Positions 20,239 to 30,718 of a stretch of DNA of 64,000 bases are shown piece by piece (position 1 is the first letter of the stretch; the number at the start of each line of letters is the position of its first letter). The translations under genes and the position numbers were made by a program. Source of the stretch: an uncultured Planctomycetia bacterium (GTDB lineage: Bacteria > Omnitrophota > Gorgyraeia > Tantalellales > Tantalellaceae); assembly GCA_964527555.1 (NCBI GenBank), contig CAZGOG010000002.1, forward strand, positions 41,698-105,697, written 5' to 3'. Below the pieces are notes generated by a model. It was not told the origin of the DNA, did not search any database, and saw only the letters and a list, made by a program, of their open reading frames with translations.

Positions 20239-21181
20239 TCTTTCGTTTTTCTTCGATCCACTTGTAAAGGTTCTCCGAGAACTTACGCATATATATCTGT
20301 TCCTTCAGAAAATCGCTGACCTCTTCATATTTCAAGGGACGCTCCTTTTGGATCTCTTCCACCAAAAATATATGATAGCCTATAGGCGTCTCGACTACAC
20401 CCGAAAGCCCGCCCTCTTTCAGCGAAAAGACAGCTTCGTCTATCTCCGGGAGCATGTTCCCGGCTATTATGTACCCCATATCCCCCCCGTCACTGGCATA
20501 GGGACCTTCGGAACGCTCGATCGCCAGGGAAGCGAAATCTTTGCCGCTATTAAGCTCCTTAAGCACTTCGTCTATCTTTTTGCGGCTGTCATCTTCCGAG
20601 CCCGTTCTCTTGCGTATCATGATCCCGCGGACCCTCACCCTTTCGGGGGCCAAAAGCTTGTCCTTGTTTTTCTCATAAAGATCCCGCGTCTCGCCCGGAG
20701 AAATGACGATCTTTGACGCGACTTCTTTCTCGACTAGTTTCTGAGCCAGGGCCTGTTCGCGAAGTTCACGTTCAAACTCCGTCAAGTTAGTGCCTTTTGC
20801 GCTCAACGACTGCAGGAACTCATCTTCACTGGCATAATATGACTTTATCTTATCCATGTCGCTCTGGAATTTTTTCTCGTCTATCTGCACTTTCGCCTGC
20901 TTCGCAAGACTCACCACAAGTTTAGAGCTTACCATCTGCTCAAGCAGGCCTTTTTTGACCGTCTCTAGCTTCTCTTTTAAGTCCTCGCCCTCGAAGCTGG
21001 CCTCGTACTCCTTTTTAATGGGTATATAGAGCCTGTCGAATTCACGCTGCGTTACGACCTCATCGTTGACCACAACAAGCACCTTGTCTACAACAGCCGC
21101 ATGAGAATTTATGCTTGATAAAGCGAGAGACACGCCTATCATCGCAAAAAATAAAACCTTCAGTCTCCTTACACAGTTCAT
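20216..21181 (-). CDS. SurA-like chaperone / parvulin PPIase
   Basis: Signal peptide, VVDKVLVVVNDEVVT, GGDMGY, TPIGYHIF; position upstream of pdxA-rsmA. Confidence 0.88.
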   Translation of the reverse strand: MNCVRRLKVLFFAMIGVSLALSSINSHAAVVDKVLVVVNDEVVTQREFDRLYIPIKKEYEASFEGEDLKEKLETVKKGLLEQMVSSKLVVSLAKQAKVQIDEKKFQSDMDKIKSYYASEDEFLQSLSAKGTNLTEFERELREQALAQKLVEKEVASKIVISPGETRDLYEKNKDKLLAPERVRVRGIMIRKRTGSEDDSRKKIDEVLKELNSGKDFASLAIERSEGPYASDGGDMGYIIAGNMLPEIDEAVFSLKEGGLSGVVETPIGYHIFLVEEIQKERPLKYEEVSDFLKEQIYMRKFSENLYKWIEEKRKNAYISYK

Positions 21182-21193
21182 AATATATCCCCC

Positions 21194-22090
21194 TTAAACT
21201 TCTTCTTCCGTTTCATCCTTTTCCGTTTCAACCGGCTTCTCTTCTTCCTTGACGGATAGCGCCTCTTCGTTTATCTCGATAACAGTCTCTTTGCGAAGCC
21301 TGGTGAGTAGATCGTTGAAAAGCTGGCGCCTCTTTATGGCCCTTAGCTGCGATTTTATGTTTTCGTCCACCTCGTCTATCGGCCTTAACTGCGGCTGCCG
21401 CCGGTCAGTAAGTTTTATTATATGATACCCGAGTTTCGTCTTTACGACTCCGCTGATCTGGTCTATTTCAAGAGCCGAACAGGCGTTCTCGAATTCCGGC
21501 ATGAGCTGCCCTTTGGGAAAATACCCGATGTCCCCGGCTCTCTGGGCGGTGGGGTCTACTGATTTCGCTCTTGCCATATCCTCGAAACTCGCGCCTGCCT
21601 GGATCTCTTTAAGCACTTCATCGGCATTATCCTGTGACAAGAGGAGTATATGCGAGACCCTCATGATCTCGGGGGTCATGTATTTATCTTTGTTGCTTTC
21701 GTAAAACTCCACGATATCATCGTCGGTTATGACAACGGCATCATCCACCTCGCCCTTCAGAAACCTTGCGATGAGGATCTTTTTGCGGGCCTGTTCTATA
21801 ACCTCCTGGACTTCTTTCTCCTTATCGATATTTTTGCGGAGAGCCTCCTGGTAAAGGAGCGTGTCGTTTATGAGTTCCTGCAGGAACTCATCTTTCCTGT
21901 TCTTGACGATGTCCTGGTACTTTCCCGGGAGTTTTTCGATCATCCTGTTGAAATCCCGTATGGTGATCTTCACCTCTCCCACCGAAGCTATGACATCTTC
22001 CTTCTTCGGCGTTTTGGAACAGCCGAAAAGGCCCATCACCAGGAAAACCGCTAATAGAACGAAAATGGTGCTATTTTTGTTTTTTCTCAT
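21194..22090 (-). CDS. PpiC/PrsA-type parvulin PPIase lipoprotein
   Basis: Lipobox LFGC, SHILL, AGDIGYF, TKLGYHIIKL. Confidence 0.9.
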   Translation of the reverse strand: MRKNKNSTIFVLLAVFLVMGLFGCSKTPKKEDVIASVGEVKITIRDFNRMIEKLPGKYQDIVKNRKDEFLQELINDTLLYQEALRKNIDKEKEVQEVIEQARKKILIARFLKGEVDDAVVITDDDIVEFYESNKDKYMTPEIMRVSHILLLSQDNADEVLKEIQAGASFEDMARAKSVDPTAQRAGDIGYFPKGQLMPEFENACSALEIDQISGVVKTKLGYHIIKLTDRRQPQLRPIDEVDENIKSQLRAIKRRQLFNDLLTRLRKETVIEINEEALSVKEEEKPVETEKDETEEEV

Positions 22091-22150
22091 GATTATTCCG
22101 CTTTCTTATGTGCTAAATCATTAATATAATAGCAAAATAGCACTTCCTCT

Positions 22151-24055
22151 TCAAGAGTTTTCACTTCCCCTTAGTTTATCGATCTCCAGTTTAAGCAGAC
22201 GGCAATAGAGGTCAAAGCCTACCTGGTCTATGAACCCGCTCTGCTGGAAACCCAATATATTACCGGCACCCCTCATCTCAAGGTCCCTCATGGCGATCTT
22301 GAATCCCGAACCCAGCTCCTGGTATTTCTTTATCGCGCTTAAACGCTGCTGCACTTCATGGGTAAGGCTTGAGAAGTCCCGTACCACCAGATACGCGTAA
22401 GCCTTACGGTCAAACCTGCCGATCCTGCCCCTCAGCTGATAGAGATCCGCCAAACCGAACCGGTCCGCATCATTTATGATCATGGTGTTGGCGTTCGGGA
22501 TGTCTATCCCGGATTCGATGATCGTGGTGCATACCAGTACGTCCACTTCCGCCCTGATAAATTTAAGCATTGTCTTCTCGAGTGTCTTCGAACTCATCTG
22601 CCCGTGCGCCACCAGAAGACGCGCACTTGGCGCGAGCTTCTTGACTTTGGAGGCGATCCTTTCTATGGTCTCAACCCTGTTATGGACATAATACACCTGG
22701 CCGCCCCTGGCCAGTTCTTTCTCTATGGCGCCGGAGATCTCTTTTTCGTCATACTCCATAACTCTGGTATCGACAGGCATCCTTTCCAGGGGAGGAGTCT
22801 CGATCACCGATATATCCTTCCCCCCCATAAGCGCAAGGTACAGTGTCCTGGGTATGGGAGTGGCCGTGAGCGTGAGTATATCGACGTTCACGCGCATCCT
22901 TTTAAGCTTATCCTTGTGTTTTACGCCGAACCTCTGCTCTTCATCGATAATTAAGAGGCCCATATCCTTAAACTTCACGTCGCTGGAAAGCAGGCGATGC
23001 GTGCCGATAACTATATCGACTTTCCCCTCCTCCAGGTCCCTGAGTATCGTGTTCTGCTCTTTCTGCGTACGGAACCGGTTAAGCATCTGGATGTTTATGG
23101 GAAAATCCCTGAGGCGTCTGGTAAAGGTGTTGGTGTGCTGCTCCGCAAGGATCGTCGTCGGAACGAGTATGGCCACCTGTTTATTGTCGATGACCGCCTT
23201 GAACGCAGCGCGCAAGGCGACTTCAGTCTTGCCGTAGCCCACATCGCCCGAGAGAAGCCGGTCCATGGGGCGCGGCCTTTCCATGTCGCACTTAACGTCC
23301 TCCGTCGCTTTCAGCTGGTCGGGTGTCTCCTTATAGGGAAACGCCTCCTCGACCTCTTTCTGCCAGTCGCTATCCTTGGAGAAAACAAAACCGGGCGCGC
23401 TTTCCCTCTTCGCCTGCAGACTCAATAGATCCCGTGCCACCAGCGCGGCCCCCCTGGTGGCGTTTTTCTTGGCCGCTTCCCATCCCTTGCCTTTAAGGCT
23501 GCTTAAGCCGGGTAGCTTCCGGTGAAACGAGATGTACCTTTGCAGTTTGTGGAGGTCGCCGCTTTCAACATAAAGCTTATCCCCGCCTTTATATTCAAGA
23601 ACAAAATAATCCCCGAAGCTCCCTCCCCGGCGCATCCTCTGCATGCCGAGGTACTTGCCTATGCCGTAATCAAGGTGCACTACAAAGTCGCCCGGCTCTA
23701 TATCGACGAAGGAGTCTATCGGCTGCTCGCCCAACTCCACCCGGCCTGCGCGTTTTGACACCTTCGTGCGTCTTAATATGCCGAGCGGCAGTATTATGAC
23801 TCCTCTATGACTGGTGATCGTCTTGAAGGAAACTAGGTCTATGCTCTTTATCGACCGCACCACGCTTCCGGAGATATCTATACGGACCGGATACTCGAAA
23901 GTCACGGGATAGATTATAAGAGTCTCGCCCACCAGGGTATAATCCCCGCACGCTGAGATCCTACGGCACCGCGAATAGCCGTACCGCTCCAGCGTTTTAA
24001 GCGTCTCCTCCGCACTGGCTTTCTCGCCTGTATATAATTTGAGGGAATCAAACAT
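22151..24055 (-). CDS. mfd: Transcription-repair coupling factor, compact form
   Basis: RID (PGDFVVHLDYGIGKY), GDVGYGKTEVA, DEEQRFGV, TATPIPRT, QLRGRIGR, RDLEMRGAGNILG. Confidence 0.93.
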   Translation of the reverse strand: MFDSLKLYTGEKASAEETLKTLERYGYSRCRRISACGDYTLVGETLIIYPVTFEYPVRIDISGSVVRSIKSIDLVSFKTITSHRGVIILPLGILRRTKVSKRAGRVELGEQPIDSFVDIEPGDFVVHLDYGIGKYLGMQRMRRGGSFGDYFVLEYKGGDKLYVESGDLHKLQRYISFHRKLPGLSSLKGKGWEAAKKNATRGAALVARDLLSLQAKRESAPGFVFSKDSDWQKEVEEAFPYKETPDQLKATEDVKCDMERPRPMDRLLSGDVGYGKTEVALRAAFKAVIDNKQVAILVPTTILAEQHTNTFTRRLRDFPINIQMLNRFRTQKEQNTILRDLEEGKVDIVIGTHRLLSSDVKFKDMGLLIIDEEQRFGVKHKDKLKRMRVNVDILTLTATPIPRTLYLALMGGKDISVIETPPLERMPVDTRVMEYDEKEISGAIEKELARGGQVYYVHNRVETIERIASKVKKLAPSARLLVAHGQMSSKTLEKTMLKFIRAEVDVLVCTTIIESGIDIPNANTMIINDADRFGLADLYQLRGRIGRFDRKAYAYLVVRDFSSLTHEVQQRLSAIKKYQELGSGFKIAMRDLEMRGAGNILGFQQSGFIDQVGFDLYCRLLKLEIDKLRGSENS

Positions 24056-24088
24056 GGTCTATTCATCCGGAGAAAGAGCTCCGCCCTC

Positions 24089-25783
24089 TTACATCTTCTC
24101 AGGCAGAGTTATATTCAAAAGACCTAACCCGTTCGCCAGGACCGTACGAACGCATTCGACAAGAAATAGCCTCGCCTTTGTCAGCGCAATATCGTCCGAG
24201 ACTACCCTGCATTCGGTATAAAAAGAGTGAAAGAGGCGCGCCAGATCGTTGAGATAGACTATCAGCCTGTTAGGCTCAAGCGCGTCTGCGCTTGCCTTCA
24301 CCGCAAAAGGAAACTCCCCGAGTTTACGCATAAGGGTTCTTTCCTCTTTTGTTTTCAAGAGGTCCAGCCGTTTCTTCCGAAAAAGGAGCTTAAGCGCCTT
24401 TTTGCGGCTGAACTTCTTTATGCTGCAGATCCTTGCATGAGCGTACTGGATGTAATAGACGGGGTTGTCCGTAGATTCTTTCTTGGCAAGATCTATGTCA
24501 AAATCCAGGTGGCTGTCAAGCCTTCTGGAAAGGAAAAAGAACCGTGTGACATCCTTGCCTATTTCATCGATAAGTTCTCTTAAGCTTATAAATTCCCCCT
24601 TACGCGTGGACATGGAAAGGGACTCACCCCCTCGCATGAGGGTGACGAGCTGCACTATTAATATTTCAAGGCTTCCGGCATCGTGACCCAGCGCCTGGAC
24701 AGCGGCTTTCATCCTGCCGATATAACCGTGATGGTCCGGGCCCAGGAGGTCTATGAGTTTCCAGTGATGACGGCGGTACTTGTCAAGATGATAAGCTATA
24801 TCGGGCGCCAGGTACGTATAAGAGCCGTCACTTTTTCTGACGACCCTGTCTTTATCGTCACCGAAACGGGTGGAAGCAAACCATTTTGCCCCGCCGTCTT
24901 CATAGATATAGCCGCCTTTATCGAGCACTCCAAGAGCCTGCTCCACTTCTTTGCGCCCCTCTATATCCGCCTGGCTGGTCCAGGTATCAAATTTGACTCC
25001 GAAATCATCCAGGTCTTTCGTTATGAGATGCATCATGTATTTGACAGCATAATCCCGGAAAAAGTTCCCTTCTTTTTCTGGTTTTTCAAGAAGCGCGCTG
25101 CCCCTCTTCTCTTTTATCTCTCTTGCGATATCGGTAATATACTCGCCCATGTACCCGTCCGGCGGCATCTCCTCTTCTCGCCCGCAGAGATTACGGTACC
25201 GCACCTCGACGGACTTACCGAGAAGCATGATCTGGCGGCCCACATCATTAAGGTAATACTCACAGGTGACTTTATAGCCGTCAAAACGCAGTATACGCGC
25301 CAGGGCGTCGCCTATGGCGGCCTGGCGGCCATGCGCGATAGTAAGGGGTCCCGTGGGGTTGGCGCTTACGAATTCGAGGTTTATGTGCCTTGAGCGGCCG
25401 TCATCTGACCGGCCGAAATCGTCCTTTTCTTCTTCGATAGCTAAAAGAAGCTTCTTGTAATACTCGTCGGAAAACCGGAAATTTATGAACCCGCCTTTAA
25501 CCTCTATATCGCCTATCAAAGCGGATAGATGACTCTTCTCGAGCTCCTCCCGAAGGATAGCTGTGATCCTGGAGGCAACTTCAGCCGGGGCTTTGCGCAC
25601 CAGCGAGGCCAGACGCATCGCCACATTACTGGTCAGATCCCCGTGTTTGGCATCACGGGTAAGCTCCAGAAACACCCCTATATCTTCCGGGAAAGGCGCA
25701 TCGGGCAGGTTTTCGCAGAAATACTTTTTTGAGGATTTTAAGAGGGCTTCCGTTATTTTTTTTGAGACGTCTTTTCCAAGCAT
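24089..25783 (-). CDS. argS: Arginine--tRNA ligase
   Basis: EFVSANPTGPLTIAHGR, MSTRKG, YYIQYAHARICS. Confidence 0.98.
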   Translation of the reverse strand: MLGKDVSKKITEALLKSSKKYFCENLPDAPFPEDIGVFLELTRDAKHGDLTSNVAMRLASLVRKAPAEVASRITAILREELEKSHLSALIGDIEVKGGFINFRFSDEYYKKLLLAIEEEKDDFGRSDDGRSRHINLEFVSANPTGPLTIAHGRQAAIGDALARILRFDGYKVTCEYYLNDVGRQIMLLGKSVEVRYRNLCGREEEMPPDGYMGEYITDIAREIKEKRGSALLEKPEKEGNFFRDYAVKYMMHLITKDLDDFGVKFDTWTSQADIEGRKEVEQALGVLDKGGYIYEDGGAKWFASTRFGDDKDRVVRKSDGSYTYLAPDIAYHLDKYRRHHWKLIDLLGPDHHGYIGRMKAAVQALGHDAGSLEILIVQLVTLMRGGESLSMSTRKGEFISLRELIDEIGKDVTRFFFLSRRLDSHLDFDIDLAKKESTDNPVYYIQYAHARICSIKKFSRKKALKLLFRKKRLDLLKTKEERTLMRKLGEFPFAVKASADALEPNRLIVYLNDLARLFHSFYTECRVVSDDIALTKARLFLVECVRTVLANGLGLLNITLPEKM

Positions 25784-26136
25784 TTATCGTCAAACCGTTC
25801 TACAGGAACATCCGACCAGAGCCGTTCCAGTCCGTAAAAATCCCTGATCTCTTTATTAAAAACATGGACTACGACATCGTCGTAGTCCAAAAGAACCCAA
25901 TACGGGTTTCGTCTTCCCTCCACATGCAGGGGAAGAATATGCGTTTTTGACAGTTTTTCCTGAATTGCTCTGGAAATGGCACCTATCCTGCGGGAAGAAC
26001 TTGCTGAGACCAGGACAAACCAGTCAAAGATGCTGGAGAGGCCGCGCATATCCATAAGGATTATATCCTCTCCTTTTTTCTCAGCCGCAAGATGTGCTAT
26101 TAATCTCGCTTTATCCAGCGCTGTTATCTTTTTCAC
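25753..26136 (-). CDS. rsfS: Ribosome silencing factor
   Basis: EKKGEDI, WVLLDYDDVVVHVF, RDFYGLERLW. Confidence 0.96.
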   Translation of the reverse strand: MKKITALDKARLIAHLAAEKKGEDIILMDMRGLSSIFDWFVLVSASSSRRIGAISRAIQEKLSKTHILPLHVEGRRNPYWVLLDYDDVVVHVFNKEIRDFYGLERLWSDVPVERFDDKCLEKTSQKK

Positions 26137-26217
26137 CGATAATCGTGTTGAAAGTTAAAGTGTTCCTTTGATATCAAAATAAACGTTTTTTAAAAACACG
26201 TCTGCTGAAGATGCGCA

Positions 26218-26361
26218 CTATTTGCCGAGGATCCTGTACATGCCTGTACCGCAATCCGGGCATTTGCCTTTCACAGCTTTTCTGCCGTTCTTCATAGTGA
26301 CTTCTTTGGCGTCTTTCATCTCTTTCTTAGCCTTACATTTTACGCAGTAACCCTGTGCCAT
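26218..26361 (-). CDS. 47-aa basic zinc-ribbon protein (DUF5679-like); absent from the ORF track
   Basis: Manual translation MAQGYCVKCKAKKEMKDAKEVTMKNGRKAVKGKCPDCGTGMYRILGK; two CxxC; AAGGAGG SD upstream. Confidence 0.88.
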   Translation of the reverse strand: MAQGYCVKCKAKKEMKDAKEVTMKNGRKAVKGKCPDCGTGMYRILGK

Positions 26362-26405
26362 GAGTAACACCTCCTTAGATTTTAACAAAAAAATTCAACG
26401 AACCA

Positions 26406-26434
26406 AGTTTATCATAATGAAGCTGATATTTCAA
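26406..26434 (-). promoter_or_regulatory. Putative sigma70 promoter of the 47-aa gene
   Basis: TTGAAA-N17-TAAACT with TGn extension. Confidence 0.5.
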
Positions 26435-26457
26435 GCTCATATATATTATATTAATTA

Positions 26458-27033
26458 TCATTCCCTGTAAAGACCCTTTTTCCGTATATAGCTGACCACT
26501 TTATCCGGGACAAGATAATCTATGGGCTGGCGGTTATGTATACGTTCCCTTATATTAGAAGAAGAGACCTCTATATTAGGTATAACTATCCTGTGTATGA
26601 GCCCCTCATACGCGCTTTCCTCACCCCACCCGGGACGGGTCGCAACGACAAAAGTGGAAAGTTTAAGGATCTCATCGGGATCCTTCCACATGGAAAGGCT
26701 TTCCGCCGAGTCGGCGCCGCTGAGAAAGAAAAGTTCCGCTCCCTCATTATACTTTTCCTTAAAATACTTTATCGTGTTGACCGAGTATGACTTAACTTCG
26801 GAATCCACCTCATATGTCGAGACCTCAAACCTGTCGTCGCCTTCCAGGGCGAGCCGGACCATGTTGACCCTGTCCGCGACGGTGGCATCGCCCTCTATTT
26901 GTTTATGCGGGGGCATATACGCCGGGATAAAATACACCTTATCCAGAGCTAAATGGTGCCAGCATTCCTGCGCCAGTACCATGTGCCCCAGATGTATAGG
27001 ATTAAATGTACCGCCAAGCAGGCCTATCCTCAT
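26458..27033 (-). CDS. nadD: Nicotinate-nucleotide adenylyltransferase
   Basis: GGTFNPIHLGH, PPHK, GADS, SSSNIR. Confidence 0.97.
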   Translation of the reverse strand: MRIGLLGGTFNPIHLGHMVLAQECWHHLALDKVYFIPAYMPPHKQIEGDATVADRVNMVRLALEGDDRFEVSTYEVDSEVKSYSVNTIKYFKEKYNEGAELFFLSGADSAESLSMWKDPDEILKLSTFVVATRPGWGEESAYEGLIHRIVIPNIEVSSSNIRERIHNRQPIDYLVPDKVVSYIRKKGLYRE

Positions 27034-27061
27034 ATATCCCCTCTCTTATCCTTATATCCGG

Positions 27062-28321
27062 TCAGGTCCTTATTTGACCGGCGCCATGAACGATATACTT
27101 GTATGTGCAAAGCTCTTCCAACCCCATGGGTCCGCGAGCATGGAGTTTGTCTGTGGAGATGCCGATCTCGGCGCCTTTACCGAATTCGCCGCCATCGGTG
27201 AACCTGGTCGAAGCGTTGACGTACACGGCAGCGGAATCCACGTGCTTGGTGAACTCTTTTGCGCTAGAAGCGTTTTCTGTCACAATCGCATCGGAATGGT
27301 TTGACCCGAACTTTGTTATATGGCTGATCGCCTCCTGCAGGGAGTCAACGACCCTGATATTAAGCACAAGGTCGAGCCATTCCGTGGCAAAATCTTCTTC
27401 TGTGGCTTCCTGGACGCCATCACCGAGAATATGGCGGCTTTCGGAGCAGCCCTTAAGCTGCACTCCCGCTTCTTTGAGCCTTTCGGCAATACGCGGCAGA
27501 AACTCCCTGGCTATCTTTTCATGCACGAGCATGGTCTCCATGGCGTTGCATACACCGGGTCTCTGAACCTTTGCGTTATACGAGATCTCTTCCGCCATCG
27601 CAAGATCAGCATCCGCGTCGACGTATACGTGACAGATGCCTTTGTAATGCTTGATCACCGGTACCTGGCTTTTTTCGACGACCTCACGGATCAATGACTC
27701 TCCCCCGCGCGGCATAATGAGATCGATACCGCCTGTTGATTTAAGCATCTCCTCCACCAGCTGGCGGCTGGTGTCTTCTATGAGGATGAACGCGCCTTCA
27801 TCTAAACGGCATTTTGCCGAGGCTTCTTTCAACGCCGCATAAATGGCTTTATTCGAGTTTATCGCCTCACTCCCGCCGCGCAGTATCACGGAGTTGCCTG
27901 ACTTAAGGCAAAGCGCGACACAATCGGCTGTTACGTTGGGACGCGCCTCATAGATTATGCCGATGACGCCTATAGGAACGCGCACCTTCTCGATGATAAG
28001 ACCGTTGGGCCTCTCTCTCTTCTCGAGGACTTCACCTACGGGGTCCTGGAGTTTGGAGACGTCCCGCATCATCTTGCACATGCCGTCTATTCTTTTATCA
28101 TCCATCTTCAGCCTGTCGAGAAAGGCCTTGTTCCTGCCCTTCTCCTCGGCGTTCTTTAAATCTATGGCGTTGGCTTTCTTTATGCCGGCTCTTGACCTGT
28201 CCAGGCTTTCAGCCATGGCGAGAAGTACCTTGTTCTTATCCTTGGTCTTCATGACAGCCAGACTCGCCGCGCCCCTCTTCGCTTTCGAGGTGATATCTTT
28301 CATTATGGTTTTACTGTCCAT
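27062..28321 (-). CDS. proA: Gamma-glutamyl phosphate reductase
   Basis: IGIIYEARPNVT, RPGVCNAME, VNASTRFTDGGEFG, KLHARGPMGL. Confidence 0.98.
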   Translation of the reverse strand: MDSKTIMKDITSKAKRGAASLAVMKTKDKNKVLLAMAESLDRSRAGIKKANAIDLKNAEEKGRNKAFLDRLKMDDKRIDGMCKMMRDVSKLQDPVGEVLEKRERPNGLIIEKVRVPIGVIGIIYEARPNVTADCVALCLKSGNSVILRGGSEAINSNKAIYAALKEASAKCRLDEGAFILIEDTSRQLVEEMLKSTGGIDLIMPRGGESLIREVVEKSQVPVIKHYKGICHVYVDADADLAMAEEISYNAKVQRPGVCNAMETMLVHEKIAREFLPRIAERLKEAGVQLKGCSESRHILGDGVQEATEEDFATEWLDLVLNIRVVDSLQEAISHITKFGSNHSDAIVTENASSAKEFTKHVDSAAVYVNASTRFTDGGEFGKGAEIGISTDKLHARGPMGLEELCTYKYIVHGAGQIRT

Positions 28322-28361
28322 ATTTCTTTACCTTTTTTAAAAAAGTCGTTTTCTTCCTCTA

Positions 28362-29465
28362 CTAAAGGACCACGAGGTTGTCCCTGTGTACCACCTCATC
28401 GTAATCCTTATAGCCGAGTATGCTTTCTATCTGCTCGGACTTATGCCCCTTGATTTTCTCTATTTCCTCGGATGAATAATTCGAAAGCCCCCTTGCTATA
28501 ACTTCCCCGTCATCGCTTACGATATCCACCACGTCACCGTCAGTGAACCTGCCTGATATATCGATAATACCGCTGGGTAAGAGACTTTTATTCTTGGCGA
28601 TGAGCGCTTTCTCCGCCCCTTCGTCTATCCTGATCGATCCCTTGGACTTGAGGCTGAAAGCTATCCACCTCTTGCGGGCCTTCATGGTGACTTCTGAAGC
28701 TTTGAAGCGCGTACCTACTTCTTTGCCGTCGGCAATATCGGTGATTACGCTCTCTTTTCTGCCGTAGGCGATAACGCATTCTATCCCGCTTGACGCGGCG
28801 TTCTTCGCGGCCTCAAGTTTAGTTATCATGCCCCCGGTGCTTTCATCGCATCCTTTGCCCCGGCAAAGCCCTTTCAGTTTCCCTATATCTTTTGCTATAT
28901 CTTCGACTCTGCTGATTAATCCGCCTTCTCGCCCGAGGAGCCCTTCCACATCGGTAAGGATTATCAAGATGTCGGAATCGGCAAGGTCAGCCACCAGGCT
29001 TGAAAGGCGATCGTTATCCCCGCACTTTATCTCCTCCGTCGAAACCGAATCGTTCTCATTGATGATAGGGACCGCGCCGAGTTTTACGAGTTCATTAAGT
29101 GTATATCTTATGTTAAGGAACCTCCTGCGGTCATTAAAGTCTTCCTGGGTAAGCAGTATCTGGCCGGCGACATAACTTCTCTTGTTGAAATATTCGTTAT
29201 AAACGTCCATGAGGTGGTTCTGGCCGACGCTTGCTGCGGCCTGAAGCTCTGCAAGAGACCTCTCTCTTTTATTCAGCTTAAGTAACCCCAGTCCCGCGCC
29301 TATAGCGCCTGAAGAGACCACGATCACCTCGAAGTGCTTGTCTTTTAGATCGGATATCTGATCCGCCAGGCTCTTGATAACCGCCTCATCGAGTCTGTTA
29401 TTCTCGCCGGTAACGACTTTAGTGCCGACCTTAATCGTTATTCTCTTCAGGTGCTTCTTTGACAT
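28362..29465 (-). CDS. proB: Glutamate 5-kinase with PUA domain
   Basis: VSSGAI, IINENDSV, GDNDRLS, TGGMITK, VHRDNL. Confidence 0.98.
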   Translation of the reverse strand: MSKKHLKRITIKVGTKVVTGENNRLDEAVIKSLADQISDLKDKHFEVIVVSSGAIGAGLGLLKLNKRERSLAELQAAASVGQNHLMDVYNEYFNKRSYVAGQILLTQEDFNDRRRFLNIRYTLNELVKLGAVPIINENDSVSTEEIKCGDNDRLSSLVADLADSDILIILTDVEGLLGREGGLISRVEDIAKDIGKLKGLCRGKGCDESTGGMITKLEAAKNAASSGIECVIAYGRKESVITDIADGKEVGTRFKASEVTMKARKRWIAFSLKSKGSIRIDEGAEKALIAKNKSLLPSGIIDISGRFTDGDVVDIVSDDGEVIARGLSNYSSEEIEKIKGHKSEQIESILGYKDYDEVVHRDNLVVL

Positions 29466-30420
29466 CTTTTATCTTCCTGTATATTGCCCCGACCAGTTCC
29501 CTCACGCCTTCCCCGGTAAGAGCGGAGATCGCCCACACCTTTTCTTTTTGCCCGGCGGAAAACTTCTCAAGGTTCTCCTTCGCCCCGGGCATATCCATCT
29601 TGTTCGCGACTATTATACGCGGTTTATTATACACGTCTTCACTATAGGCATAAAGTTCTTTTTCTAATCTTGCATAATTTTCATCTGGATGAGTCCCATC
29701 CACCGGCACCATATCCACAATATGCACCAGAACGCTGGTTCTTTCGATGTGACGCAGAAACCTGTCCCCGAGTCCCTTCCCCGCATGCGCGCCTTCGATG
29801 AGGCCCGGCATATCCGCGGCCACAAAGGTATTCTCATGGAAACTCACCACCCCCAGCTGGGGCGTGCGTGTCGTAAAAGGGTACGCAGCTACCCGCGAAT
29901 GACATTTTGATATGCGTGAGATAAGCGTTGATTTACCGGCATTGGGCAGGCCTATTATCCCGGCGTCAGCGACCAGCTTAAGTTCCAGGATAAGAGTTTT
30001 CGCTTCACCGGGGGCGCCCGGCTCGGCCTCTCTCTTCTTGGCGCTGCCTATGCCGCCCGCTCCGCCCCTGGCTACAATAACCCTCTCGCCTATAGCGTCA
30101 AGATCCCTTACAACCATGTCCGTCCCGGCGTCTATTACGATAGTGCCCACGGGGACCTTTATAACACAGTCCTTCCCGCGCCTGCCGAACTTCTTGTTCG
30201 AACCGCCGCACACGCCTGCGCCGCCGGAATGATGTTGTTTGTATTTTAGATCAAGAAGAGTATGCAGGTTGGGGCTGCTTTCGATGATTACGTCGCCGCC
30301 GGCTCCGCCGTCACCGCCGTCAGGGATGCCCTTTCGGTGAAAGATATCCTTGAATAAACTCTGGCAACCGTCCCCTCCCTTGCCGCCGGAGACGTAGATC
30401 TTTGCATGGTCAATAAGCAT
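29431..30420 (-). CDS. obgE: GTPase Obg/CgtA
   Basis: Gly-rich Obg fold, GLPNAGKST, YPFTT, DMPGL, NKMD, ISA. Confidence 0.97.
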   Translation of the reverse strand: MLIDHAKIYVSGGKGGDGCQSLFKDIFHRKGIPDGGDGGAGGDVIIESSPNLHTLLDLKYKQHHSGGAGVCGGSNKKFGRRGKDCVIKVPVGTIVIDAGTDMVVRDLDAIGERVIVARGGAGGIGSAKKREAEPGAPGEAKTLILELKLVADAGIIGLPNAGKSTLISRISKCHSRVAAYPFTTRTPQLGVVSFHENTFVAADMPGLIEGAHAGKGLGDRFLRHIERTSVLVHIVDMVPVDGTHPDENYARLEKELYAYSEDVYNKPRIIVANKMDMPGAKENLEKFSAGQKEKVWAISALTGEGVRELVGAIYRKIKDVKEAPEENND

Positions 30421-30421
30421 C

Positions 30422-30664
30422 TCATTCGGGGATTATACTTACAACCCGGCTCGCAGAAAACGAAACAACACCCGTGCGCCTGGCAAAAAGAGTGTCATCG
30501 CTGCCCCTGCCCACGTTCATACCGGGCTTATAGCGGGTGCCCCTCTGTCTGATGATTATACTGCCGGCGCTTACGCACTCGCCGCCGGATATTTTAACAC
30601 CGAGTCTTTGAGAATTCGAATCGCGTCCGTTGCGCGAAGAACCTTGTCCTTTTTTATGTGCCAT
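30422..30664 (-). CDS. rpmA: 50S ribosomal protein L27
   Basis: [16 protein letters not shown]...IIRQRGT. Confidence 0.98.
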   Translation of the reverse strand: MAHKKGQGSSRNGRDSNSQRLGVKISGGECVSAGSIIIRQRGTRYKPGMNVGRGSDDTLFARRTGVVSFSASRVVSIIPE

Positions 30665-30718
30665 GACTGGTAACTCCTTTTCTTCTCCAGGCCCTGATCT
30701 CGGGGCCGATTATTTTAT

